Shown: in pieces, positions 13,938 to 27,084 of the stretch
Numbering within the stretch: the stretch's first letter is position 1
How the letters are laid out: the number at the start of each line of letters is the position of its first letter
Origin: Oculina patagonica
Taxonomy: Eukaryota
Reading direction: 5' to 3'
Length of the DNA stretch: 64,000 nucleotides
Assembly: GCF_052425735.1 (NCBI RefSeq)
Contig: NC_135766.1
Coordinates: 26,474,001 to 26,538,000 of the forward strand
Position numbers and translations under genes: made by a program
Notes under the pieces: generated by a model
What the model was told of the DNA's origin: nothing
What the model saw: only the letters and a program-made list of their open reading frames with translations
Databases searched by the model: none

Positions 13938-15314
13938 ATGAAACGCATGTTATTTTGGGTCCTGGATCGGTTTGTATTGAGGCATAGATTCAAACTGATC
14001 GTCCTTTTCGGCTTCATTAGTATAGTTTTATATATAAATATGATTACAAAGAGCGAAGTAGCAGCGCCACTAAACATCGCTGCCCGCCAAGCAAAACAGA
14101 ATCCTAACGACACTCACATGGCAAATGTTATTCCAAGCGCCTCATCAATCACACTGTTTGTGAGAATGGCGGGCAAACTTAAAAAACACAGGACTCGGTT
14201 TTACTGTGATCTTTTCAGGACTGCTGTTCTGTATTGGTCTGCATCGTTTGGGAAGATAGTCGTAGTTCTTGACGAAGAATCGGAACAAGATCATGTATTT
14301 GCAAACAACCTAACAAGACAAATCAAGCAAAACTTTCCCGATCGTAAACTTCAGTTGGTCTACGAGCCGCTACCGAAAGACCAAAGTGTTCTTAACTTTG
14401 CAGGTTCTCCAAAACCTCCGGGTTACAACCGTCAACTGTGGAGCAGTTTCTTTATCGATCTTTACACAAACGACCCCATTGTGGCATGGATGGATACGGA
14501 CGCTGCATTTGTAACACCTGTGACTCAATCAACCATATTTAACGGTTCAAGGCTGCGTATCCTGGGCTCTGAGTGCTCGTCTGAGGTAAATATCGGCTGC
14601 GTGAAATCTTGGGCGCGTACTACCAAAATGGCACTAGGATTACCGATGGTTGCAGATTTTATGACTTATTTTCCTGTCTACCTCTACAGCGACACTTTTA
14701 CCCACTGCAGAGAGTTCATTCTGAAGCGATTTAATACACGTAACTTTGAAGAAGCCTTCAAGACGTTCTATCATGGTACGGATTTTCTAAGTCCTGTTGT
14801 CATCGTTTTAAGCTATGCGTGGTTCTTCGAGAGAGATCGATATGACTGGAATCTAAAGATATGCAGTGACCTAGTGTCATACAATGAACGGTTTCCAACA
14901 GGCCACAAGATTGCGCCACAACATGTCACAGAAAGTATTCTCTCGCAGCCACAGACAGCTTATCACGTTCCTTATTTCAAAGGGTCTCTTTTCCCAAACA
15001 TCCTTGTTAGTTACTGTCTATCACACGAGGCTGCGGGGAACCATCAGACGATATGCTACAATAATTCAATTTCAGCAACCGATAATTTGGTTCTTTTCAA
15101 TCACGATCTCCACAGTGTCACTCCAGCTCAAACGCCGTGTACTGGAAGCAAGAAAAAAGATTGTTTAAAAGTTCTAGAACGTCATTATAAAGAAGTTGCT
15201 GTGGACATCAGAAACGGGCGTAAAATACAATGGAGGGATTTTGATACTGTTGAAAAACTTGCGAATGAGGTTGACATCGCATATGCAAGCGAAGGAATGA
15301 AAGGCGCTAATTAG
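13938..15314 (+). CDS. Intronless putative GT-A glycosyltransferase (type II membrane, DxD motif), 458 aa
   Basis: Long ORF with a TM segment (LIVLFGFISIVLYI). GYNRQLWSSFFIDLYT...AWMDTDAAF contains DTD and resembles uncharacterised nucleotide-diphospho-sugar transferases. First ATG at 13938. Confidence 0.7.
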   Translation: MKRMLFWVLDRFVLRHRFKLIVLFGFISIVLYINMITKSEVAAPLNIAARQAKQNPNDTHMANVIPSASSITLFVRMAGKLKKHRTRFYCDLFRTAVLYWSASFGKIVVVLDEESEQDHVFANNLTRQIKQNFPDRKLQLVYEPLPKDQSVLNFAGSPKPPGYNRQLWSSFFIDLYTNDPIVAWMDTDAAFVTPVTQSTIFNGSRLRILGSECSSEVNIGCVKSWARTTKMALGLPMVADFMTYFPVYLYSDTFTHCREFILKRFNTRNFEEAFKTFYHGTDFLSPVVIVLSYAWFFERDRYDWNLKICSDLVSYNERFPTGHKIAPQHVTESILSQPQTAYHVPYFKGSLFPNILVSYCLSHEAAGNHQTICYNNSISATDNLVLFNHDLHSVTPAQTPCTGSKKKDCLKVLERHYKEVAVDIRNGRKIQWRDFDTVEKLANEVDIAYASEGMKGAN

Positions 15315-15413
15315 GGTAACTTTGAGTCAATGGACATTAAATAACCCCACGAGGCTTTTATACACAATGTTTCGAATTAGGAAAGCCCCTCAATTATTGA
15401 CGGCGACGATTTA

Positions 15414-15688
15414 TGGTGTATAGCTCACACTGTGAGTAACTACTGTTCTAGACAGTACCAGACAGTACTTGCCACTTTGTAACGACTCTACCGTTATCTT
15501 TTGTTATTGTAATTTTACTTTTAATATATTTCTATTTTTGTATTTGTAGCTTGGGTATATATATAGCCCTAGATTTTAAATTCTCAATAAACTGAAGATG
15601 GCATGAGTCATGCCGAAACGTGTCTTTAAAAAGTTGTTTTGTGTTTTTTAAATTAGTCATTTTACTAGTCCTAACAAGGAAATATGAA
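15414..15688 (+). mobile_element. Penelope-like pLTR fragment with a minimal hammerhead ribozyme (about 15588-15628)
   Basis: Absent from the paralogous segment near 800. Contains TAAA-CTGAAGA-T-GGCATG-AGT-CATGCC-GAAAC-GT-GTC-TTTA. Confidence 0.75.
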
Positions 15689-16000
15689 AATTGAGACACT
15701 TGTCAACACTTTAAGCCTGTGTTGCTGGCGAAATTGTTCACACGAAGACAATGTTTTGCTCATTACTGCATGTGTTTAATGTTTATTAAGAATCAGTGAA
15801 GCGGTACTCACGTAAGCTCTCTTTATATTTTTTTCGATCTCCTGAAACTCGATTCTCTACTCGATTCCCGAAACGTGATTTTATACTCTATGCTCAATTT
15901 CTCGCATGAATTGAGTATCGAGTTGAGAATCGAGACCAGGCTCTTACCCAACTAAGAAAGTAACAACGCGACAGAAACAAAGCAGAGTTTTGAACACTAT

Positions 16001-19000
16001 TTATTGAAATAACGTAACATCAGGGTCGGCTTCCACTAAGCAAAACTCTTCTAAGTAAGTCCCATTATCAGCAACACTTTTCATTTCTGTCCAGCAACTT
16101 TTAGAGCAAGAGAAAACCATCACAGTTCCAAATTCAATTGTGACGTCATGTATTTGATTGACAGCTGCCATGAACGTTCTTTTTTGGTCTTCCTGAAGGT
16201 CGATATCTTCTGTAAGAGATGCACCAGTCTCTCGGTGAATACTGTTATCTAAAGTTTGCAAATTGAATTTATTGTCCTTTTGTGGAAATTGTTCACATCT
16301 CTCAATGTCCTCAACTGTATTTTGAGGGTTAAGGTCGTGCGTCGAGCATTGCTGTTTCGAGACTTTTAACTGACCAATTAACGCAGGCATAAATTGCACT
16401 TCAAAGACTCTGCTTGCTCCACAATGCTGGCAGGGAGGGACTGTTGAACAAAGCTCTGACGGTTGAGTGGTAACCATAGAAACAGGTATTCCATTCCACT
16501 GATACCTTGTAGAACACCAAAAAGTTATCAAAAATTAAAAAACTCTAACAAATCACTAAAGAAGGGGCTTCTTCTACGGCCGTTCTTTTAGTAGCCACTG
16601 TTGCGTGACAGCCAGAAAGTCACGAAGGTGAATACGCGTGACAACAACTAACACCTACAGCACACTTAGTCCAGCTAGACATGCGTGACTCCAAGACACT
16701 CGTAAAGAAAAACTAAGGGGGTAATACTCTAAAGAATTTGTGTTTCTAATTTTCTCTCAGTGCTGGGGACTTCATGCTTCGACTACTGTGTATATTGGGG
16801 GAAACATAATACTTCCCCCAGAGGGTGGGGGGAGGGGGACTCCCATGTGAAAAGGGGAAAGATGCTCATCGTCAATTTTAGACGAACGAATTATGGATAG
16901 TGGTATTAAGGACGGAACGCTAATAATTTCACCCCGGAGGCTTCTTCATAGTTTCACGCAAAGAAATAAGAACATGGTATCGAAACTCAAAGGGTTGCTG
17001 GTTTACATCGATTTTAGAATTTCTTGACAGAAGAAAGCATTATTTTGTTGATGAAATCGTCTTTATCGCCATGAAAGTCACTTATTATCTGTCTGACTCC
17101 TTATGGAATCTTTTTAGGGTGAAGCTGAAATAAAGCTTTTGGTACGCCACTTTAGCTTCCTCTAGGAGTCTGTATGTTAAATTTCCGTCAAGCATACACT
17201 TCCCGTTTTTTTTTCTATTATTATATTATATATTTTTTTTCTATACTATTATTTCTATTAATTCTATTATTTAATTATTCCATAAAAGTATTCCTACCTC
17301 AAGCACTGTTGAGGACATGCGTGTAACTGTTTGTTAAATTTGTGAAATGCCTTGTCGCCGTGTTTTACTGCAGTATTTTCATACTTCTCCCCGGTCCAGC
17401 CATTAGTACACTCATCAGTGTCCTTAAAATCTGTGACGTTAATTCCTTCTCGCTGCTGATATTCCAATAACAATGTCTTCTCGTGTTCCGTCATCTGTGG
17501 AGTGATTCTCCTGACATCTGTAGCTTCAATCACGCTGATGTAAACGGGCTCGAAGTGAGGGACACAACTCAGTGAAGTTTCTTTGTCTTGGTCGCTTATT
17601 TCAAGCTGTTGATCTTTATTAGGTTCTGTCATGTCTGGATTGTCTTCGGAGAGGTTTAATTTTCCAGTGAATTCTTCTAGACCAGATGACACTTCGTCAG
17701 GGCTGTTGAAACAGTCAAAAATTTATTAAGATTTTATGCAATAGTAAACAAATTATAGGGGTTTCTAAAGAAACCGTTGAGTTAAATCTGCTTGCAAGTG
17801 AAACGGTTAGTTTATTATCAACTGGAAGTTGACTAAGTTAATTGAACTGCAAATGCGAATATTGAAAAGTGGGCCTTTTTGATCGTTGACTTGGGGCTTT
17901 GCCCCTCGCCACTTATCAGCTGTTATAGTTCACCACTAAATTTTCTCCGATTCTGATTGGTTTAGCGCGATAGTGTTCATCCGCGGAGGGCAATATCAGC
18001 CCTTATAGTTCACCACTAAATTTTCTCCGATTCTGATTGGTTTAAATTGATCACGTGACGCGATAGTGCCCGTCCGCCGGAGGGCACTATCAGCCCATAG
18101 TGCCCCGCCGAAGAAAAATGCCCGGATCGATAGTGCCCGCCCGTGACTTTTTTTTTGTAAACAAGCGTGCCTGCAGACAAAAAACCCAACCAAATTCACT
18201 GCATTTAGTGGGTTTCTTGTCTGGTTTTGTTTCGTTTGTTAAATTTCGGCTTTCAATTGAGTTTTTTATCCTGAAAAGTAAAAATAATTCACGATGCTCG
18301 TTTTTGTATGTGCGCGCGGAAGAAAATTTAGTGGTGAACAAATTTAGTGGTGAACAATAAAGACAATAGAGTGTTTCTGTTTCGGAACTATCGGTCTGAT
18401 AGTTGCCCCTTGGAAATTAGATGTTCTTAAAACTAGCATATTTGCCCTCGAAGCTTCGCTTCTCGGGCTAATATTTGTTTTAAGAACATCAAATTTCCGC
18501 GGGGCAACTATCAGCCGATAGTTCCTCGACAGAAACACTCTATTGTTAAATTATAGTTCATCACTAAATTTTCTCCGATTCTGATTGGTTTATATTGAAC
18601 ACGTGACGCGATAGTGCCCGTCCACCGGAGGGCACTATCAGCCCATAGTGCCCTCCCGAGAAAAATGCCCGGATCGATAGTGCCCGCCCGTGACTTTTTT
18701 TTTGTAAACAAGCGTGCCTGCAGACAAAAAACCCAACCAAATTCACTGCATTTAGTGGGTTTCTTGTCTGGTTTTGTTTCGTTTGTAAATTTCCGCTTTC
18801 CATTTAGTTTTTTATCCTGAAAAGTAAAAATAATTCACGATGCTCGTTTTTGTCTTGTGACGTCATGACGTATTTTGTCTTGTGACGTCATGACGTAGTC
18901 ATGACGACACAAGATAATACTACAGGGGACAAGGTGCATTCCATGCGTATTTGCTTTCTGAGGCCGCGGAATTTTCCCGCCATGTCAATATTTTCTTTTT

Positions 19001-22000
19001 TTTTTAGTAAATGCCGAAAAATGCGATCATCAGATTTAAACAAAACAGATACAGACTTCTCAACCTCAAAGCACCGGAAATCTAGAGATTGAGGTAAAAA
19101 AATCTGGAGATTTCAGTAAAAACCGGGAGATTGATCAACTGACGGACAAAAATAACTAAAAGAGTCCTAAAACCAGGCGCTAATCAAATGACTTGTTACT
19201 CTGTTTTTTCGTGAGATTTCTGTTTCTCGTCGTGAGATTGAAGTGAAAACCGCGAGTCTCAGGACAAAATCGTGAGACTTGAGAGGTCTGCAGATGCTGT
19301 TTACACTGACAGTTGCGTTTATTTTTAAGCTTTTTGTTTGTTTTTCTTAGTGATAAAAGCAATCACACGAGATTCCCACCATTCTAGTCATATTAGTCAA
19401 TCTGATAATAGCTACCGTTTCGTGAGAACAATGTGTTTTATGATTTTGGTACAGCAATAGGGGAAAAGCATGTCTTAAACAGGATTGCGCCTTACAGAAC
19501 TGTAGGTATGTCGACCGACAATATGTCAGGAAAACCTTTTTTTGCCGTTTCCATTTTTGATTAGATCCGATTTCAAAGATGTAATAGACCGTAGTAGTCG
19601 AACCACATGTGTGCCTTTACTTCAGTTGACTAGCTAGCTTAGGCAAGTTAGCCGGAATTTGTGCTGATTAAACTAGTTCAAAACAACTGATCCCGTGGAC
19701 ATTATTTTCCTTGTGTGTCTTCAATTTGAGTATTACTCGAAGACACACGCGAAAGGTCAACCATGAAACTTTGCTTGGTAGTGTGCGTGAGTTTATTGAA
19801 ACGTGAGGCTGAAAACGTTCTTATCAGTCACAGACACAAAACAACAAAGGAAAATATGTGACTTTGTTGACCTTTTTAAGATATTTAAGAATTATCTGTG
19901 ACAGATAAATGCTTATGAATCTGTGTGTCTGAATTCTTTTTGTGCTGTTATCGGAGTCCTATAACTGTTCAACGGCTACATGCTGGAGTGTACTTTGAAT
20001 TTAAGTCAAGCCAACTTTGGCTTATCCGCCTGACAGAAATAGCAACGATCAATTAGTATGAATCAAAATGGACGCTTAATTACCGTGATTGTGATCGGAA
20101 TGGATACTATTAAGGCATCGATTTCAAAACTTTAAGCACGTAATCTTATACAATAATTAAAGATAGAAACTTCACGGACAGTTACTCAGAGTTTAACGCA
20201 CGAAGCGATCATCAGACTGTGTCGTTAGATGCGGTGAAATACAATTTAAACTACGTTCATGGAGGACGGTTGGAACGATCCTGTCTCTGTAGTACTTGTT
20301 TTCGTGCCTGCAATTGGTAACAAGCTCAGATCTTTTGTTCAAGAAGGTGTATCTGTCAGCTGATAGTATGCAGAGCTTCTCCGTCAGACACAAATTGCAG
20401 CGTGACGGGTTTCCCCTGTAAGCGCTTGCTCTCGTGACAATGGACCACTTGATCGAAAATTCGGTGTTGTTGTCTTTTAGGTCCCAAATCTTATATATAT
20501 TTTTTAGTTGGATTTTAAGCCTTTCGCGTGAGAACCTTTTGTAGTTGGAATAAACCTTTGTTTTTATCTTTAGCTGTGAAATCGTGAAGTTCAGCGCAAG
20601 CATTCACGACAAAGGTTTCTGAATTGACAAGTGAATCAAGAGTTTCGTATATCGTGTTTTGAATGTCACAACTTTTATCGAGCGACAAAAGTAGCTTTAG
20701 TTTAAGTTTAAATTTTAGGGGTGAGGAGTCTAAATGTTTCTTTATGTTAGATGCACGCTTTTTAATTTTCGATATCTTTACAAGCAATAAATAGACGTGA
20801 AAAGCGGTCTATTTTCAAATAAATTAAACTCTGAAAAGAGTCACAAGACACTAAGCCCAGAGGGCTTTTGATTGTATGTGCGTGCGGAAGAAAATTTAGT
20901 GGTGAACAATAAAGACAATAGAGTGTTTCTGTCTCGGAACTATCGGGTTGATAGTTGCCCCTTGGAAATTTGATGTTCTTAAAACTAGCATATTAGCCCT
21001 CGAAGCTTCGCTTCTCGGGCTAATATGCGTTTTAAAAACATCAAATTTCCGCGGGGCAACTATCAGCTGATAGTTCCTCGACAGAAACACTCTATTGTTA
21101 AAATAGTGCCTGTGCGAGAAAAATGCCCGGATGGAGAGTGCCCGCCCGTGAAATTTCCTGTAAACAAGCGGGCCTACAGACGGACCCCACTAAATTGACC
21201 GCATTTAGTGGGTTTGGTGAATTTAGTAGGTTTCTTGTCTGGTTTTGTATCATTTGTTAAATTTCGGCTTTCAATTGAGTTTTTTTTTTTATCCTGAAAA
21301 GTAAAAAAATAATTCTTAAAAAAAAAAAAAATTTGACCCGGGGGGGAGGGGGGTACCCAAAAAAGTTTTGTATGGGGAGGCTCCGCCCCGAGCTCTTACC
21401 TCTTACCCTTTTATATACCATTTTGCCAGAAATTGTACCCTTCTCGTATACCTTTTTATGAAAAAAGGTACCCCTTTCATATACCTGAAAGTCATGTTAT
21501 AGCGCTCAATAAATTGAAAAAATACAGCCATAAATTGCATCTGTTCTAAATATTACTAGAAATAGTTCTCACTATAAAGCTGCCCCCGCCTTTTTATAAT
21601 TTGTTTTTTGTCGCCTTTAATTATTAATGCCGATGGACTGCACAATTAGGCTTCTTTTTTACTGTGTCATGCGGAATTTCTTGTTGTGTGACACCGTTAC
21701 GTCCTAAAAATATTCACAAGTTCAAGTCGAATTATATTACCTAGCGCGCGTAAATAACACATAACACATTATTCGCGATGACAACACACAAGCTTATTCC
21801 TGGGCTTATAACATTCAAAATAAACTTACAATAATTTCCAGGCCAAAAAGCCTAAAAAAATTCCACGAGTAACAAAATATGGCACAAGATTCGAGAAAAC
21901 AACCTACTCTTTGGATCAAATAATCTGACAGTTTGTTAGCGAAACGAATTACATGACAAAGTTCACGCTTTTGTTTATTACTCGTTGTAACTTGTAAGAT

Positions 22001-22319
22001 GTATACGATACAACAAACCTCCGAAAGCAAACCTTACAAATGTAACGCTTGGAACATGGGTAGCCGGCACGTAGCCAAGAACACAAAACCAATTGCTCGA
22101 AATCTTTCGACGTATTACTAACATTTGCTTCAAATATCACTTAACACAACCAAAGCAGAGAAACCGCTCGAACAAATCTGTGAACACGCGTAGGCCAAAA
22201 CCGGAAAACAAAACGCTGCTAGCAGATGGTGAAGCTCGAAACGCGAAGGTGACCAAACGCGACCTCGTGGTTGCAAGTACCCGACACCACCGTGCGCGCA
22301 TGCAAAAATATTACCCGTC

Positions 22320-22355
<36 letters not shown>

Positions 22356-25300
22356 GCTTCGCCCACTACAGACACATTTCTTACTTTTTCAACAAATATT
22401 CATTGTCCTTGTATGTATACACCCAGGGACTCCTAGTGTGCCTCCTCGGGTTTTGGCCTCTGGGCCAAAACCCTGCGGGGGCAATAATTAAAGGCCCTTT
22501 CAAAAACCTAAATGACAGATTTCCATACCCTTTCGTATACCTAAACTAGTGAAATCCCTACCCTTTTATATACCTGAAGCCTGAAGAAGGTACCCCTTTC
22601 AGGCGGAGCCTACCCGTATAGGCCATTATAGGGAGTACCCCCCCCCCCCGGGTTTTGATTTGGCGCACGGAAGAAAATTTAGTGGTGAACAATAAAAACA
22701 ATCGAATGTTTCTGTCCCGGAACTATCAGTCGGATAACTGCCCCTTGGAAATTTGATGTTCTTAAAACTAGCATATTAGCCCTTGAAGCTTTGCTTCTCA
22801 GGCTAATATTTGTTATAAGAACACTAAATTTCCGCGGGGCAACTATCAGCCGATAGTTCCTCGACAGAAACACTTTATTGTTTAAATAGAAACCTCGAGC
22901 TTGCCGTCTAATTGTTAAATAGTGACAAGCTCAGAAAGTTTTCAGATTAGATTAATACTTGTTTATTGTTCATCTAAATTTTTTATGAGCAGTAATGTAT
23001 TTTCCTGCTCTTAAAAAGTCATCTTGCAACAAGGATGGGATCTAGCACTCTTTTGTTATTGTTATAAGTTACTCAGTCAAATTTCTCTGTCCTTAAGTTT
23101 GATAGAACTGTTCTCTTTTTAACAGCAGTATAACAGGAATTTGTTTTATATCAGTATGATGGATGGGTTAGACTTCCTTAGTTGTTAAAATAACACTTAC
23201 TCTCCCCAGTCCTCAGCATCATCACACCAGTCATCAACTTCAAATCTGCTGGAAGACTGGGTCATAAACAAGCACATTAAACAAAGTTTAATATTGAGTA
23301 TAATAGCACCAAGTGGTACAGATCTAAATGTCCTTTTTTATTATTTTTTTTGAAGGATTATCCAATGGAGAAACATGCCAAATTTCCTTCAACAACATCT
23401 TAGCCTTAATTACTCACCTCTTGAATGAGTCCCAACCTCGGTGAAAATAAGGAGGAGGGTGAAGAGGTTGGCAGATGGACGGATTTAGCCTTAAAAAGCG
23501 CACGGATTGTGGATTTTTGCAAAATATCGAGCGGATTCGCGGATTCTGAAAATACAGCGGATTGCGGATTAGCTGAGAATTTTGGAGCGGATTTCCCACT
23601 CTTCGTGTCAGGAAGTTCGGATCGTGGATACTAAACAACATTCGGATCACTTTGGTCGATCTTCATCGGTATGTTGGCAGGATTGTCGCAAAAAAAAAAA
23701 AAAACAAGCAACGAAAACAACATTTACTGTCCATTGGAGTGAAACTATACCACAGAAAGCTTTCAAGTAATGTGGATTCGAATTTGAACGAAAATAGTGA
23801 CAGATTGACGGATTTAGCCAACCATTTTTGGAAAAAAAATGGTTGCAGTTGTTGTTGTTTTTGTTGGACAAAAAAATCTGAGTGCTCCCAAGAAGAGTTG
23901 AACCCATGACCTTCTGGGTAGTGCTTTGGACTAATGAGTATTCATGTCGAAATTCTTCCTGTGAGAAAAAGTCACCCCCATTATTAATTGCCTAAAAATT
24001 TTTAATTGCCTAAAAGACTAAAAACGACCCTGTTTGGTGTAAAATTACACGTAAAATGATATAATTGCTTCTGGCTTTTATTCAAGGATACATGGAAATC
24101 AGACTATACCTCACGTGCTGCTGTTTCCTTGCTGACAAAATTACTATCTTTAGCCTGAGCTCTTAAAACTTTCCAACTAAAAAGAGAAAATTATAATAAT
24201 AAATTCTGAAAAGGACAAGCAATTTTCCTTCAATTTAATTACCGACAGCAACGTGAAGTGCGATAAAACCGCACACAGGACATTTTTAAATTTAGACAAG
24301 TGAAACGGGACCCCCTCCCAGCAGGGTCTCTCTATTGACACATTTTCTTACTTACTGAGCCCCCCACTCCCCACTTTTCAACTGAAGTAACTACAACTTT
24401 CATTAATATTGTACTACCTTGTTTCAGGTATTCAATTAGCTGGAGTACAGGCAGACCACATAGACTGAGGCCCTACAACGTCATGATATGCTATTTTATA
24501 TTTCATCTCGTATACTACACTGTAACAGTAAATTGAAATGGCTGACCTAAGCTTGAGTCAGCTGGTCTTGAAAAACACTCCACGAAATAATGAGTTTCAC
24601 ATTTTTGGATTCCAGAGTGTGATCTGCTGTCAGCCAGATAAATAAACTAAGTTCACTTAAATTTTGCCAATGTGAGGAATTTTGTGATATAATGGAGTTT
24701 TGAGTCCATTAATTCCTTGGACATACTGTGCACTGAGGGCTGAGGCAAAGAGTCTGGACATGAGCCACAGCATTCCTATGGCTGTACCACAGTTGAGCCC
24801 TGCTAACTCAAACTTCCCGATATATTGAACAAATTCCAATTTTCCCTGATTTTGACCCTATTTTTACAGTCATTTACTAATTAAATCCATTTTCACTGCA
24901 CAATTTTAAAATTGTGCAGTGAAAATGGAGAAAATGGAGGGACATACAAACAATAAAAAGAAAAAGAAAATGCACAAAAATTGTATAACCAAAGTCACAA
25001 TTGGTATAAGGCCTGGGAAAAAGGATTTGAAAGAGTTTTAAAGTGCACCGAAATGGCTCGTGATTGTGAAGAACAATGAAACCTCAATGTATTTAATGAT
25101 TAACAGGAAACTAGAAATTCAACACCAGCCCTAAATACTTGAACCTTGCTAACTTGAACTGTTTTTCATTTCCCCTGAGAGCTCGAGTTAGTAAGGTTTT
25201 ACTGTATGTCTTACCTTGTGTTTTTATTCCAACAAGTTTTGTTAACACAACCAAGGACATATAGCACACGATGAAAGACAGAGTCTGATAACGGGCAATA

Positions 25301-26908
25301 AATTTGGCAGACCAGATATAATAAATTGCTACACAAAGGGCAGGTTGGATAGCGTGATGGCTGTCCAAACATCCAGTTCTGTGTTAAAAAAATATGTAAA
25401 AAAGGGATTTTATTTTGCAACAAATTATTGAAACAAATTGTTGAACTACCACAGCTTAATGTGTTGAGCAGGTTTGGGTCTTGACCAAGTGCAAGCCAGT
25501 GAGTCATTCTGGATAGCCAAAATAACACATCAGTTAGCCTACATGTAAATAGCACTCTGGTTAGCCTAACAAGTACTCCGGTTATGCACCAGTCATTTGA
25601 AATCCCCGACCTCCCCCCCCCCACCCTCGGGCATGAGCGGGGCAAAAGCGGGGCTTTCACTTCAGATTCATTCCATTTTGGTCCCCCACTATGCGGGGGA
25701 TGAGTCAGAAATCACGGTCTTCGCATCCCGGACCGGGGGAATAAGCGGGGCACTCACTCCATGGTCAGCGGTTTGCATTTTTGCGCTGCATGGTTATTTC
25801 GCAAACATTATTTATGTCCACTCGCTCAAGATAAATAAATTACTAATACTGAGTGAAATACAACTAAAAACTGTCCGCAAGATATGAGAAATTCCTCTTA
25901 TGTTAAATGTTAGTTTGACAATAATAGCGTATTAAAGACGCTGGAGACATTCATTTATGATAGTTTAAGTTGAGTTAGAATACAATGTACCGGTAAGTTT
26001 TAGAGATCCATTTAATAACAGAGAGCCAGCTGTTCAAACAACACAGAGCATATTGTAATATCATCCTGCATTTCCATATAAAGTTGAGTTGGAAATTTCA
26101 AATAGTCGTCTTCTTCCTTGTCCATCGGGGAGCCTTTGCAAATGTATTCCTAGCTGCTCTGAAATCAATGTGTTCATTTCACGGCTATCAACGTTTTTAT
26201 CATCCCTTACTGTCATCCCTTGTTGTGCTTGGCTATAACAAGTTTTCTACATGAATTACCATGTGTGTGGATCATATAAAGGGGCAGGGGAGTTCACCAT
26301 TCACTTTTCTCCCAGGGGCCGGGGACTTCACTTGCTTTCACTTGCCAAAAAAGTGAATGCCCCGCTCATGCCCGAAGGGGGCGGAAGCGGGGTTTCAAAT
26401 GACTGGTGCATTAGCCTACAGATTTTTAAGGTAGCTTGCAGTAAGCCTTTTTATTGGGATTGGGGAGACTAGCTCACATGGCTCGCTGGCTCGCATATTT
26501 TACACACTCAATCTTGTATATATCATGCAGCGTATGCATAGCAATTTATTTTTTTGTCACTTGAGGACTGACAGGACTTTGCTGAGATCTTCCAAACATA
26601 ATTTTTTGTTCATCATTTGCTTCTTTCAGGTTATCATTAAACCAAAGAGATGTTGTAATTTATGTAATGACTAATCCAATTTAAGAAAAATCCAAATCAA
26701 AACAGTACAATACAGAACTTTGCTGAAATTTTTCATGCAAAATCACAATCGTCGATCGCGGTTTTAACAAACAATATTCAGAAAATTACGAGGGTCTTTT
26801 ACTCACCGGTGTTCCTCCGATCTTATTTGTAGTCCATCCACAAATTCTATCGTCATTTTCTCCCATGTTTCCATCAGGTAACCCCAAAAGCAAAGGTTCG
26901 TCCGCCAT
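16001..26908 (-). CDS. PDCD2L: Programmed cell death protein 2-like (432 aa); exons 26908-26807, 25378-25215, 24176-24110, 23256-23201, 17702-17298, 16505-16001
   Basis: All junctions are GT-AG and phase-compatible (1299 nt). Motifs NKIGGTP-NW, CPLC...QIYCPL...RVLYVLGC, WKVLRAQ, DWCDDAEDWG, PQQCLRYQW and EFGTVMVFSC. Confidence 0.92.
20150..20490 (-). mobile_element. 3' fragment of a Penelope-like element (GIY-YIG C-terminus plus degenerate hammerhead at 20179-20219)
   Basis: IWDLK...IKWSIV...CNLCLTEKLCI...LNKRSELVTNCRHENKY, followed by CAGT-CTGATGA-TCGC...GCG-TTAAAC-TCTGAGTA-ACTG. Confidence 0.75.
21337..22652. mobile_element. Non-autonomous DNA transposon with CCCGGG(G)n-GTAC termini
   Basis: Termini CCCGGGGGG...GGTACCC and GGGAGTACCCC...CCCGGG. 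Same family as 39163-39848, with a lone end at about 37380-37425. Confidence 0.7.
25584..26411. mobile_element. MITE in PDCD2L intron 1
   Basis: TIR ATGCACCAGTCATTTGAAA...TTTCAAATGACTGGTGCAT with further inverted subterminal similarity. Confidence 0.8.
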
Positions 26909-27019
26909 CTTGAAAATATCACCCGCAAAGCATGTTGGGGCGCGTGAGGGCTCGTTCCCAGCCTTCTCTCTCGCAAAAAGGCTGGAAGAGTCAGGGTTGC
27001 TGACGCAATGAACAAGTTA

Positions 27020-27084
27020 GTAAATCATTCTCACCGCAAACAATTGCCCTGACGCGGGAAGCTAAGTTATGGGAGGATACCCGC
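27020..27084 (+). repeat. Left terminal inverted repeat
   Basis: GTAAATCATTCTCACCGC...GGAGGATACCCGC is the exact reverse complement of 33923-33987. Confidence 0.95.

Larger units (their letters stand above)
17923..22887. mobile_element. Head-to-tail array of a non-autonomous element (Crypton-like) in PDCD2L intron 4
   Basis: Units are bounded by TTATAGTTCACCACTAAATTTTCT / AGAAAATTTAGTGGTGAACAATAA. Each is followed by a palindrome of about 185 bp (18363-18546, 20915-21098, 22698-22881). The family assignment is inference. Confidence 0.6.

Noticed and set aside
20179-20219. Active hammerhead ribozyme
   Set aside because: The conserved GAAA is mutated to TAAA, so it is kept only as evidence of Penelope origin.
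18344-22873. Three similar small ORFs (MFLSRNY...) as a gene family
   Set aside because: They are translations of the repeated palindromic element inside an intron.
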